23,617 bases of DNA from Candidatus Phoenicimicrobium oleiphilum (lineage in GTDB: Bacteria > Atribacterota > Phoenicimicrobiia > Phoenicimicrobiales > Phoenicimicrobiaceae), in assembly GCA_039638295.1 (NCBI GenBank), contig JBDIWJ010000027.1:1-23617 (forward strand). The letters are read 5' to 3'. Positions 1-8,728 of the stretch are shown one piece after another (position 1 is the stretch's first letter; every line of letters starts with the position of its first letter). A program made the translations under genes and the position numbers. A model generated the notes under the pieces. It was not told where the DNA came from. It was given only the letters and a program-made list of their open reading frames with translations, and ran no database searches.

Positions 1-354
1 ACAGATCTTTGAGGTAGCAATATGGTCAGGATGGGCATCTATCCAATAAGGAGCAAAAAGGATATCTGGTTGAATTTTTCTAATGATTTCGGCCAATTCC
101 TGACGAGCATCTATTTCATCCTGAAGATAACGGTTAGGAAAATCGAGAGTAATTCTCTCTTCTATCCCTAATATCCTGCTGGCCTTTACACTTTCTTTTT
201 TTCTTATCTCAGGATTCCCCCGGGGGGTAGGTTCTCCATCGGTCAAATCTACTATAGTAACCTGATGTCCTGCTTCGGTAAATTTTAATATAGAACCGCC
301 CATTCCTAATTCTACATCATCAGGATGGGGACCAACAGTTAATATATTGAGCAT
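1..354 (-). CDS. PIG-L/LmbE family N-acetylglucosaminyl deacetylase, BshB1-like (5' part; runs off the window edge)
   Basis: Not in the ORF track; translated by hand from ATG at 354 (SD GAGGTG upstream): MLNILTVGPHPDDVELGMGGSILKFTEAGHQVTIVDLTDGEPTPRGNPEIRKKES...DAHPDHIATSKIC. Has the PIG-L Zn motifs HPDD and HPDH. Overlaps the GT2 3' end by 16 bp. Confidence 0.9.
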   Translation of the reverse strand, partial: MLNILTVGPHPDDVELGMGGSILKFTEAGHQVTIVDLTDGEPTPRGNPEIRKKESVKASRILGIEERITLDFPNRYLQDEIDARQELAEIIRKIQPDILFAPYWIDAHPDHIATSKIC

Positions 355-1094
355 CTTTTCACCTCATTATCGATAATTTTTTGGTAATAGGCTAATCTCT
401 TTTCTGGGTCGTCCAAATAATTACCAAAGGTACGGGTTTTATCTTTATAGATCATACTTACTGGTAATTCTTTTATGGTTAGATTATTTTTGTAGGCCTG
501 AATTAATAGTTGTAGCGGAAAGCCATATCCTTTTTCGGATAATTTTAATTTTTTCAAACTTTCCACTCGATAGGCCTTAAAACCACAGAAAGAATCGGTT
601 AGGCCATAATTAGTTATTTTGTTGATTAGTTTTGTTATCTGGCGGTTAATCCTATATCTATCCTGAGGTGGAGTATCGATTTGTCTCTGGGGGGATAGGT
701 AACGGGAGCCCGAAACTATATCAACCTTCCCCTTTTTAATTTCTTTTAAAAATTGGGGAATTAAATGGGGTTCATGTTGTTCATCACAATCTAAAGTTAC
801 AAGATATTTATAATTATTATTTTGGGCAAAATTAATTCCATCAATCAAAGATTGGCCGTATCCTTCGTTTATTGAGTGGTTTATAATGATTAGTTCCCCT
901 TTGAGTTTAGCACAAGAAGAGATTTCTTCAATAATTTCTTTGCTCTCATCGGTGGATCCATCATTGATTACCAAAATGTCATCTTTTAAGTATTTTCTTA
1001 CTTCCCTCAAAACATTAAAAATATGTTTTTGTTCATTATAAATAGGGATTAGAATAAGATTTTCTGTTTTTGGTTTATTATTTATTTTATTCAT
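339..1094 (-). CDS. Glycosyltransferase family 2 (DPM/Ppm synthase-like)
   Basis: Motifs IPIYNE, INDGSTD, GYGQSL, DxD (LDCDEQH), VSGSRY and DSFCGFKAYR are typical of DPM1-like GT2. Confidence 0.9.
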   Translation of the reverse strand: MNKINNKPKTENLILIPIYNEQKHIFNVLREVRKYLKDDILVINDGSTDESKEIIEEISSCAKLKGELIIINHSINEGYGQSLIDGINFAQNNNYKYLVTLDCDEQHEPHLIPQFLKEIKKGKVDIVSGSRYLSPQRQIDTPPQDRYRINRQITKLINKITNYGLTDSFCGFKAYRVESLKKLKLSEKGYGFPLQLLIQAYKNNLTIKELPVSMIYKDKTRTFGNYLDDPEKRLAYYQKIIDNEVKRCSIY

Positions 1095-1117
1095 AATATA
1101 AATATTTCAAGATTGTC

Positions 1118-1140
1118 ATCGGAATTTTTGAAATTCCGAT
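1118..1140. repeat. Perfect 10-bp inverted repeat (hairpin; REP-like or terminator)
   Basis: ATCGGAATTT-ttg-AAATTCCGAT between the Na/Pi cotransporter and GT2 genes. Confidence 0.6.
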
Positions 1141-1156
1141 ACTCTAAAATATAATT

Positions 1157-1194
1157 TAGTTTTGTATTTTTGTATTTAAAACTAACGACTAATT
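1157..1194. repeat. Dispersed repeat (TAGTTTTGTATTTT..GTATTTAA-ACTAACG-ACTAATT)
   Basis: Near-identical to 22037-22094; the ACTAACG/ACTAATT units also occur at 23512-23539. Abuts the cotransporter stop codon. Confidence 0.8.
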
Positions 1195-2803
1195 ATATTT
1201 CTCCCACCACTGCCCGGGCGATAGAGTAGGAGTGATCATTTATTCTTTTAAGAATATTAATGATATCCAGGTGAACGCCGCTGGTCCTTTGGGAAAGTTC
1301 TATTCCTATATTTAGCCGATTAATGTGGGTCTTGCGGAGGTTTATTTCTAAAGAATCAATATATTCTTTCTGGTCAATTACTTTTTGTGCCATCCTCTGG
1401 TCCTGGAGAGCAAAAGCTCCGATAGCATTGCGAAGATTGTTATATACTTCTTGATGCATATTTTTAATCTCTTCTACTCCTTTATCAGAAAACACCATAC
1501 TGTGGTCTATCTTTTTTTCTATCAGGGGAATCAGATTTTTATCTATCAAATCTCCGATATGTTCCAGGTCATCAACCACATACAACAATCTAAATACTTC
1601 TTTAGAATCTTCCGCAGAGAGGGTTTCAAAACTTATCTGGGTTAAGTATTTGGTTATCTCTCGAGAGAGGTTATCCACTATCATATCTTGGGCGCTTATC
1701 TTATCTAATAGCCTTTCATCATTATTAATAAATACTTTCATAGAACCTAAGACCATCTCTTCAACAGCATTGGAAATTCGCAATATCTCTTTGCTGGCCA
1801 GATAGAAGGCAATTTCAGGGGTTTTAAGTGCGCCCCTATCTAAATATTTAGGTTTTTGCAAGGACTCTACCTCTTCTGTTTTAGGAATAATCTTTTCTAA
1901 AAACTTAGCGAATTTTTCGGTAAAGGGGAGAAAAATCAGACCATTGCCTATAATAATCAAGGCATGGGCATTGGCAATCTGTCGGGGGAGATTAATGGAA
2001 GTTTTTTGTATTAAAAGAATTATTTGGGGGGTAAGAAAGAAAAATATAATTACCCCTCCCAGTTTAAACAATAAATTAGCTAAAGTTACTCTTTTTGCAC
2101 TTCTGGTAGCTCCGATGCCGGCAAAAAGTACAGTAGAGCAGGAGCCCAAATGTGAACCCAAGATTATGGGAATTGCCAGATTAAGAGATATAAGTCCCTG
2201 CATAGCCAGAGAGATAGTTAAACCCATAGTTGCTGTGCTGCTTTGTATCAAACTGGTAAACAGAGCGGAAAGCAGTAGAGCCAATAAAGGGATATGTTCT
2301 AAATTAGTCAAGGTTTCTTTAAAGAGGGTGTGGTCTTTAAGGGGAGAGACTGAATCAGACATCACCTTCATTCCCAAAAAGATAAAACCTATACCCAGTA
2401 AGATATTACCTATAAATCTCTGTTTTCTCTTTCTTCCTAAAAGCATTAATCCAAAACCGATTACAATTATTAAGAAGGCAAAATCGGATATCTTAAAGGC
2501 AATTATCTGGGCAGTAAGAGTTGTTCCTATGCTGGTTCCCAGTAAGATACAGAGAGTTTGATTTAGGGTCATAATTCCTGTGTTTACTAAGCTTACCAAT
2601 AGAGTCGAAGCAGCAGTACTACTCTGAATAGTAAAGGTAAGAAGAATACCAGTAAATAATGCGATTAATTTATTCTTAGATAAAGTACTTAAGATTTGTT
2701 TTAATTTACTTCCAAAGGTATTTTTTAAGCCTTCACTGGTAATCTGCATCCCGTATAGAAAGAGAGCTAAACCACCAATTAGGCCTATTAGAATAAAAAA
2801 CAT
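1193..2803 (-). CDS. Na+/Pi cotransporter family protein (NptA/YjbB-like) with C-terminal PhoU-like domains
   Basis: GGLALFLYGM N-terminus, duplicated QSSTA motifs, hydrophobic N-terminal half, helical PhoU-like C-terminus (DLEHIGD, LKRINDH). Confidence 0.92.
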   Translation of the reverse strand: MFFILIGLIGGLALFLYGMQITSEGLKNTFGSKLKQILSTLSKNKLIALFTGILLTFTIQSSTAASTLLVSLVNTGIMTLNQTLCILLGTSIGTTLTAQIIAFKISDFAFLIIVIGFGLMLLGRKRKQRFIGNILLGIGFIFLGMKVMSDSVSPLKDHTLFKETLTNLEHIPLLALLLSALFTSLIQSSTATMGLTISLAMQGLISLNLAIPIILGSHLGSCSTVLFAGIGATRSAKRVTLANLLFKLGGVIIFFFLTPQIILLIQKTSINLPRQIANAHALIIIGNGLIFLPFTEKFAKFLEKIIPKTEEVESLQKPKYLDRGALKTPEIAFYLASKEILRISNAVEEMVLGSMKVFINNDERLLDKISAQDMIVDNLSREITKYLTQISFETLSAEDSKEVFRLLYVVDDLEHIGDLIDKNLIPLIEKKIDHSMVFSDKGVEEIKNMHQEVYNNLRNAIGAFALQDQRMAQKVIDQKEYIDSLEINLRKTHINRLNIGIELSQRTSGVHLDIINILKRINDHSYSIARAVVGEI

Positions 2804-2841
2804 ATGGTTCTTCCTTTTGTTTTTTGTTTAGGATAGAAAAT

Positions 2842-3693
2842 TTATTTAATAATATATTCTATACTCTCATTAATAGCTGATTTTATCTCTTCAATCTCCA
2901 TACATTGTACTTCTTGGGCAAAAGGCTCAAAGGAAAAATCTCCTTTATAACCTAGTTTAAGCAGTAATTCTATCTGTTTTTTGTTCTCAAGCCTATCCTG
3001 GGCAGTTACTAAAATACGGTGATTATCTCTATATTGCTCAATTGGGATAGAACTTTCTACTCCAGAGATATGTACTAATCCGATATCAGAGGGGATATAT
3101 TTATTTTCTATTACGTCAAATGTATCCGGACCCAGGTGATGATGAAAAGTATCATGGACAATTTTATAGTTGGGGCAGCCAGATTCCCGTATGGTTTCCA
3201 AAGCTGTAATTATAGAATTTAGTGAACTTTCTTTAAATCCCACAGGTTCAATATAACCAAATAAGCCACTTTCTTCAAATATGGGAGCGAATGTTTTTAA
3301 TGCCTTTACTGTTTCTTTAAAAATTTCTTCCGAATCCCTTAGGTCATTGGTATCATTATTGGGGCATAGTATAATAGCTTTGCAGCCCATGAAGAGACAA
3401 AGATTAATCAGCTCTTTTAATTCCCTTATTAATTGGGGTAGAAATTTGCCCAGATTGAATTTTTGTAAGGCATTAATTGTAAGTATCTCTATGCCATACT
3501 TTTTTGATAAATCCTTGACTTGTTCAGGTGAATACGAGTCGATTATTCCTTTTCCAGGCAGGTCATTACGTAATTCAACCTTACTCAGACCCAAATCTGC
3601 AGTAAATTTAAAGAAATCTTCCAGGTTCAAGCTGGGATAAATTATTCTATTTAGACCGATTCTTGATCTTTCAATCATTCTGTTTACCCCCAT
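2842..3693 (-). CDS. Xylose-isomerase-like TIM-barrel sugar isomerase, IolI2-like (2-keto-myo-inositol isomerase family)
   Basis: VELRNDL, INALQKFN, LCPNND, IEPVGF, DTFHHHL, LVHISGVE and FSFEPF resemble Salmonella STM4435/IolI2 (from memory). The start may be the ATG at 3678. Confidence 0.75.
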   Translation of the reverse strand: MGVNRMIERSRIGLNRIIYPSLNLEDFFKFTADLGLSKVELRNDLPGKGIIDSYSPEQVKDLSKKYGIEILTINALQKFNLGKFLPQLIRELKELINLCLFMGCKAIILCPNNDTNDLRDSEEIFKETVKALKTFAPIFEESGLFGYIEPVGFKESSLNSIITALETIRESGCPNYKIVHDTFHHHLGPDTFDVIENKYIPSDIGLVHISGVESSIPIEQYRDNHRILVTAQDRLENKKQIELLLKLGYKGDFSFEPFAQEVQCMEIEEIKSAINESIEYIIK

Positions 3694-3743
3694 TATAGTC
3701 TATAATATCGATAAATAAAAATTAGCTAAATTTTTATATCATT

Positions 3744-3772
3744 ATATTACTTTAAAAAAATAAATTTGTAAA
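3744..3772 (-). promoter_or_regulatory. Putative sigma70 promoter for the iolI2-like operon
   Basis: Minus strand TTTACA-17 nt-TAATAT about 50 bp upstream of the start. AT-rich context weakens the call. Confidence 0.4.
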
Positions 3773-3829
3773 TGAAACATTTTAAAATTAGATAGTGATT
3801 ACTACCCAAAAAGTAAACAATATGGGAAT

Positions 3830-3906
3830 GTAGGGGTACGATGCATCGTGCCCACGGGAAACATTAAGCAATAATATGGTGAGGGCACAATTCATTGTGC
3901 CCCTAC
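3830..3906. repeat. Inverted pair of GTAG-type REP hairpins (REPIN-like)
   Basis: + strand GTAG-GGGTACGAT-GC-ATCGTGCCC (3830-3853); - strand GTAG-GGGCACAAT-GA-ATTGTGCCC (starting at 3906). Confidence 0.8.
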
Positions 3907-4148
3907 AACATAATTATTTCCAAAAGCCAAAATTTATTGTGAATTTGTTTAAAAAACACTATACAAAATATTTTTTTCAGCTTTTTGGGGAATAACCAGA
4001 TAGTGAAAAAATAATAAAAATAGTATAAAATGTTAATAGGAATTTTGAGAAAAAGAGAATTGCCAATAGGTATATGGAAAGGTAGACTACCCTAAAAAAT
4101 AGAAGGAAAAGACATAACATTCTTTTTCAAAGGGAGTAGATCTATCTA

Positions 4149-4283
4149 ATGAAAAATTTAGAAGTAACAATCAACTTACCAAACTGCAAGTTTAATATTA
4201 CTAGAAGAAGAAAAAATTTCTATACATTAAAGCAATTAATCTTTAATTTAACCTGGAATGTTGCTACAGATACAGATACATAA
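4149..4283 (+). other. Small 44-aa ORF with strong SD; possible truncated gene or transposase remnant
   Basis: AAGGGAG upstream; MKNLEVTINLPNCKFNITRRRKNFYTLKQLIFNLTWNVATDTDT*. No family confirmed. Confidence 0.3.
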
Positions 4284-4325
4284 AATTTTGAAGTAACAGA
4301 TTATATATGTTATTATTTTTATAGT

Positions 4326-4374
4326 GATTTTAAAATCGATGGTTTATACTTATATAAGATTTTAAAATCAATGG
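4326..4374. promoter_or_regulatory. Tandem palindromic operator candidates GATTTTAAAATC(G/A)ATGG
   Basis: Two 17-bp copies (16/17 identical) at 4326 and 4358, 32 bp apart, each with a perfect 12-bp palindrome, upstream of the ABC operon. Confidence 0.5.
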
Positions 4375-4658
4375 AAAAACTATAGATACAAGACCTCAGA
4401 AAATATTTTAAAATACACTTCTTAATTTTTCTCTACCATTTATGATTAAAATAAATTAGAACGCTTTTTAGTAGGACAAATTGGAATTTAATAGATAAAT
4501 TTAACTAGTTCTTTGGAGATTTTAGTATATTTAGCGGGAATTACAAGGCAATATGGGTGATTACTTTAAGGGAGGGAGGTGATATAAGAAGTTAATAAAG
4601 GTATATTGGCTAATAATTAAAGATATTATTAAATTAGGGAGGTTGAAATCTAAATACG

Positions 4659-5981
4659 ATGATAAATATAAAAAGAAATCTTTTAATTGTTTTGGCATTG
4701 GTTATATGTTTGTTATTATTGGCGGAGATTGCATTTGCAAAGCCAGTTACCATAACCTTTTGGCATGCGATGAGTGGGTCGCGTCTTGGGGTATTAGAGT
4801 CGATTATCGAAAGCTTTAATGCTACCCATCCTGATTATGAAGTTAAGCCACTATTTACTGGTACATATGCGGAAACCTTAACCAAATATATAGCGGCATA
4901 TCCTACCAAAACAGGTCCTAACATTGTCCAGGTTTATGAAGTAGGGACTCAGACCATGATTGACAGCGATGCTATTATCCCTGTCTATCAAATCCCCGAA
5001 ATGTTGGGAGAAACCTGGGACTGGGCACAATATGTTATCCCCATTACTAATTACTATTCAGTCGATGGGAACCTTTGGTCTATGCCTTTTAACTCTTCTA
5101 CCGCTATGCTCTACTATAATAAAGACCTTTTCGAAGCAGCCGGACTTGACCCGAATAAACCACCTTCAACTTGGAAAGAAATGGAAGAGTATGGAGAAAA
5201 AATCCTGGCAAGCGGAGTAGTAGACCATGTTTACTCTACAGGATGGCCAGATTGGATTTTCGAACAAACATTAGCTTATCATAATCACCTTTACGCTGAC
5301 AATGAGAATGGGAGAGCTGGATTAGCAACAAAAGTGGTTTTTAACGATGATTTTGGTCAAATGGTGGTGGATACCTGGACGAGATTACACAATAAAGGAA
5401 TTTATATCTTTGGAGGGGCAGAATATTCAGCGAATTCAGCCTTTAAAGCGGGTCAAATAGCTATGCTCATTCAGTCTACTTCATCATTAGCTGGTATTTT
5501 AAAAGGTTCTGAATTTAAGGTTGGCACCAGCTTTCTCCCCCGCTTCGAAGGATATCCAATAGGGAACTCTATTATTGGGGGCGGAAGTCTTTGGGTTACC
5601 AAAGAACAGAGCGAAGAAGAGCTTCGCGGTGTTTGGGAATTCCTGAAATATCTTGGACGAAAAGATATTGCTATCCAGTGGCACAAGGGGACGGGATACT
5701 TCCCGGTGAGTGGAGCTGCCCTTAAGGATCTTTTAGATGAAGGTTGGTTCTCTGCAGAACAAACCTTCCTTACTGCCTTCCTTCAGATTCTTTCTGGAAG
5801 ACGAGATACTGCTGCATCAACTGGAGTCCGTTTAGGGCCTTTTGTAGCAATGAGAGAAGTCTTTGTATCTAGCTTGGAGAAATCACTTGCTGGTCAGATT
5901 TCTCCGAAAGATGCTTTAAATGAAGCGGAAGAAAAAATGAACCTATTATTAAAAGATTACTTAGAACTATACGGCAGATAA
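4659..5981 (+). CDS. ugpB: ABC transporter substrate-binding protein, UgpB-like (CUT1)
   Basis: Signal peptide ending AFA; ITFWHAMSG, PNIVQVYEVGTQTM, SMPFNSST, IIGGGSLWV and WHKGTGYFP are characteristic of the sn-glycerol-3-phosphate SBP family. The actual ligand is unproven. Confidence 0.8.
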   Translation: MINIKRNLLIVLALVICLLLLAEIAFAKPVTITFWHAMSGSRLGVLESIIESFNATHPDYEVKPLFTGTYAETLTKYIAAYPTKTGPNIVQVYEVGTQTMIDSDAIIPVYQIPEMLGETWDWAQYVIPITNYYSVDGNLWSMPFNSSTAMLYYNKDLFEAAGLDPNKPPSTWKEMEEYGEKILASGVVDHVYSTGWPDWIFEQTLAYHNHLYADNENGRAGLATKVVFNDDFGQMVVDTWTRLHNKGIYIFGGAEYSANSAFKAGQIAMLIQSTSSLAGILKGSEFKVGTSFLPRFEGYPIGNSIIGGGSLWVTKEQSEEELRGVWEFLKYLGRKDIAIQWHKGTGYFPVSGAALKDLLDEGWFSAEQTFLTAFLQILSGRRDTAASTGVRLGPFVAMREVFVSSLEKSLAGQISPKDALNEAEEKMNLLLKDYLELYGR

Positions 5982-5992
5982 AAAAATACCAT

Positions 5993-6031
5993 AATGTGGG
6001 AGCAAGTTTGGAATTTGCTCCCACATTTTTT
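5993..6031 (+). terminator. Intercistronic stem-loop with U-tract after the SBP gene (partial terminator or mRNA stabiliser)
   Basis: AATGTGGGAGCAAGTT-tgg-AATTTGCTCCCACATT (16-bp stem, one G-U) followed by a T-run. Confidence 0.75.
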
Positions 6032-6061
6032 AAAACCCTTAATATACCAAGAGGAGAACAA

Positions 6062-6955
6062 ATGCACGAAGATAAATTTCCAGGAAATAAATTCTTACCT
6101 TACCTGCTTATTGCTCCATCTATTGCTGTTATTTTTATCTTTTTAATCGGTCCTTTTGGCCAAAGTATATATGAATCCTTCTTTTTCTCAACGCCATTTG
6201 GTACGAAAACCATATTTGTGGGACTTCGCAATTATATTCGTTTGTTTTCTTCCCCAGATTACCTAAATAGTATTGTAGTTACCTTTAAGTTTTCTGCTTT
6301 TGTTATCATTGTTGGGCTTTCTATTTCACTTGCGATTGCTCAATTACTCAACCAGAAGATCAGGGGAGTAGGTTTCTATCAAGTCGCTCTAATTTGGACT
6401 TATGCCTTATCTCCGACAATAGCTGGTGTTATCTGGGCTTCCATGTTTGCACCTGCTACCGGTCTTATTCCTTATATCGTTTCCAAACTATATGATGGGT
6501 ATAAATTAAATTGGATGACCAATGGTCAATTAGCGTTATTAGTAGTAGCGGCTGCTGCTACCTGGAAGATGCTGGGTTATAATATTATTTTTTTCCTGGC
6601 TGGATTACAAAACGTACCAGGCGAATTTTTAGAAGCTGCTCAAATAGATGGTGCAAGCTCCTGGAAAGCATTTTGGCGCATAACTTTTCCTATGCTTTCT
6701 CCTACTACCAGTTTTTTATTATTTGTTAATATGCTTTATGCATTCTTCCAGGTTTTTGGGTTAATAGATATTATGACCCACGGCGGACCTGGAAACGCAA
6801 CAGAACTTCTGGTATATAAGTTATACCGTGATGGTTTTATTCATCTAAATACTGGATATGCGTCAGCCCAATCATTTGTAATATTTTTTGTAATCTCTAT
6901 AGTTGCCATTATACAATTAAGGATAGTTACTAGAAGAGCTATTTATTTTAGGTGA
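6062..6955 (+). CDS. ugpA: ABC transporter permease, UgpA-like
   Basis: EAA loop (EAAQIDGAS), WKMLGYN and THGGPGNAT. Start moved to ATG 6062 because GAGGAG precedes it and the GTG at 5996 lies inside the hairpin. Confidence 0.85.
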   Translation: MHEDKFPGNKFLPYLLIAPSIAVIFIFLIGPFGQSIYESFFFSTPFGTKTIFVGLRNYIRLFSSPDYLNSIVVTFKFSAFVIIVGLSISLAIAQLLNQKIRGVGFYQVALIWTYALSPTIAGVIWASMFAPATGLIPYIVSKLYDGYKLNWMTNGQLALLVVAAAATWKMLGYNIIFFLAGLQNVPGEFLEAAQIDGASSWKAFWRITFPMLSPTTSFLLFVNMLYAFFQVFGLIDIMTHGGPGNATELLVYKLYRDGFIHLNTGYASAQSFVIFFVISIVAIIQLRIVTRRAIYFR

Positions 6956-6965
6956 GGTAATTTTT

Positions 6966-7793
6966 ATGACAAGAAAAGCTCGTCACGAAATCTTTATTCA
7001 TGTAATACTTATTCTATTAGTTATAGTCCTGGTCTTCCCTGTTTTTTTCGCTTTAGTTACCAGCACTTTGAGTTTTCAGGAATCTTATAAGTATCCACCA
7101 AAACTTTTACCCGGGAACCAATTTATAGATAATCTTAAAGAAGCCTGGGAGCGAATTAATATAGGAAGGCTCTTTTTTAACAGTACTCTGATTTCAGTAG
7201 TGGTAGCAATAGTGAAAACTATCCTGGCATTACTTGCTGCCTTTGCCTATACTCATTTTAAATTTCGCGGCCAGGGATGGTTATTTTCTATGTGTATGAT
7301 CACCCAGATGCTGCCTCTTCCGGTACGTATTGTTCCAACTTATCAATTAATGGCGACTTTTAACTGGATAAATTCTTACTATGCCTTAACTGTTCCCTTT
7401 TTTGCCAGTACAACAGGTATACTTCTTTTTCGGCAATTCTATTTGACTGTTCCCCGAGACCTTCCCGATGCTGCTCGAGTAGATGGGGCAAGCCCGATGC
7501 GTTATTTCTTACAAATTTTAGTTCCTATCTCTAAGACTAATATTGCAGCTTTATTCGTTATAGAATTTATTTTTATGTGGAGTCAATATCTGTGGCCATT
7601 AATCGTGACCACGACAGCTGAAATGCGAGTTATACAAATCGGAATTAAAATGCTTTTAGCTAGCGAGCAAATAGCCCCTGAATGGAATGTTATTATGGCT
7701 GCTACGGTGATAGCTATGCTGCCCCCACTTGTAGTCCTTCTGGTTTTACGGAAAAGCTTTGTGGAAGGGATTGCTATGCAAACTGCTAAATAA
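6966..7793 (+). CDS. ugpE: ABC transporter permease, UgpE-like
   Basis: TQMLPLPVRIVP, LFRQF, DAARVDGAS (EAA loop) and WSQYLWP. Confidence 0.85.
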   Translation: MTRKARHEIFIHVILILLVIVLVFPVFFALVTSTLSFQESYKYPPKLLPGNQFIDNLKEAWERINIGRLFFNSTLISVVVAIVKTILALLAAFAYTHFKFRGQGWLFSMCMITQMLPLPVRIVPTYQLMATFNWINSYYALTVPFFASTTGILLFRQFYLTVPRDLPDAARVDGASPMRYFLQILVPISKTNIAALFVIEFIFMWSQYLWPLIVTTTAEMRVIQIGIKMLLASEQIAPEWNVIMAATVIAMLPPLVVLLVLRKSFVEGIAMQTAK

Positions 7794-7818
7794 AAAGTAA
7801 AAGGAGTATTTGGTGTAA

Positions 7819-8709
7819 ATGAAAGTCCAACTAAACTGTGCAAGTTGTATAATTGATGATCTATGTGGTGCTTTAGATTTAGTTCCTTTAAAAGAAGAAA
7901 TTAAAAATGAAATATTAAGGGAATCCTTTCGATTTATGTCTCGAGAGTTCTCTACTGAAAAGATTCCATCTTATTTTATTACAGAAGTTCACAGAATCTT
8001 GAAGAGGATATCGGGGATAGAAATTCCCTTCAAAGAAAGAAGAGATAAATGTAATGAAGTCGGTATAAAAATGGCAGAAAAGATCAGTTTGGAAGCTGAA
8101 AAACTTGAGGAATCACAAAGATTTTCTTTTTTGGTCAATTGGGCTATTGCCAGTAACCATTTGGATTTTCGCACAGTAGGAACCGGTTATGGTTTTCAGA
8201 TGGCCGAAATAATAGAGGAACTTCGGGACTGTGTTTCGGAAGGATTAAAAATAGACCAGAGAGCTGAAATTTTTAAGAAGGCTAAAAATTCCTCTGAAAT
8301 ACTTTATATTCATGATAATGTTGGAGAAATCGCCTTTGATAAATTACTAATTAAAGAGCTCAGAAGATATGGCGCTTCAGTAATTTCCGCCTTAAGGGGA
8401 GGGCCTATTACTAGTGATGCTACTATAAAAGATGGAGAAATAGTAGGTCTCCAGGAGGCTGCTTCAGAAATTATTTTAGCCGGACCAGATACGCTGGGCA
8501 TTTCTCTTAATGAAATGTCTGACCAATTAAAAGAGAGTCTTCAGAATGTAGATCTGATAATTGCCAAGGGGCAAGCGAATTATTACGCTTTGAGCGAATA
8601 TAAATCGAAAGTGTCAGGCGAAATCGTCTGTCTTTTCAGAACCAAATGCGATATTGTCTCCAAGGAGTTAGGAAAAACAGGAAAAATAAATGTAGCTATT
8701 TTACTCTAA
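7819..8709 (+). CDS. DUF89/ARMT1-like damage-control metal-dependent phosphatase
   Basis: N-terminal CxxC, HRILK, ASNHLD, DNVGE, GGPITSD, KGQANY and C-terminal KC. Confidence 0.88.
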   Translation: MKVQLNCASCIIDDLCGALDLVPLKEEIKNEILRESFRFMSREFSTEKIPSYFITEVHRILKRISGIEIPFKERRDKCNEVGIKMAEKISLEAEKLEESQRFSFLVNWAIASNHLDFRTVGTGYGFQMAEIIEELRDCVSEGLKIDQRAEIFKKAKNSSEILYIHDNVGEIAFDKLLIKELRRYGASVISALRGGPITSDATIKDGEIVGLQEAASEIILAGPDTLGISLNEMSDQLKESLQNVDLIIAKGQANYYALSEYKSKVSGEIVCLFRTKCDIVSKELGKTGKINVAILL

Positions 8710-8728
8710 TAAAAGGAGTTTATAAAAT

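Noticed and set aside
1385..3640. Plus-strand ORFs 1385-1645, 1944-2561 and 3281-3640
   Set aside because: Antisense shadows of well-supported genes, with no recognisable motifs.
4036..4060. Fourth sigma-H-like motif (AGGAATTT...GAGAAT)
   Set aside because: The AGGA-GAAT spacer is only 15 nt.
5996..6061. ORF-track N-terminal extension of ugpA
   Set aside because: Starts inside the stem-loop without an SD; ATG 6062 has GAGGAG.
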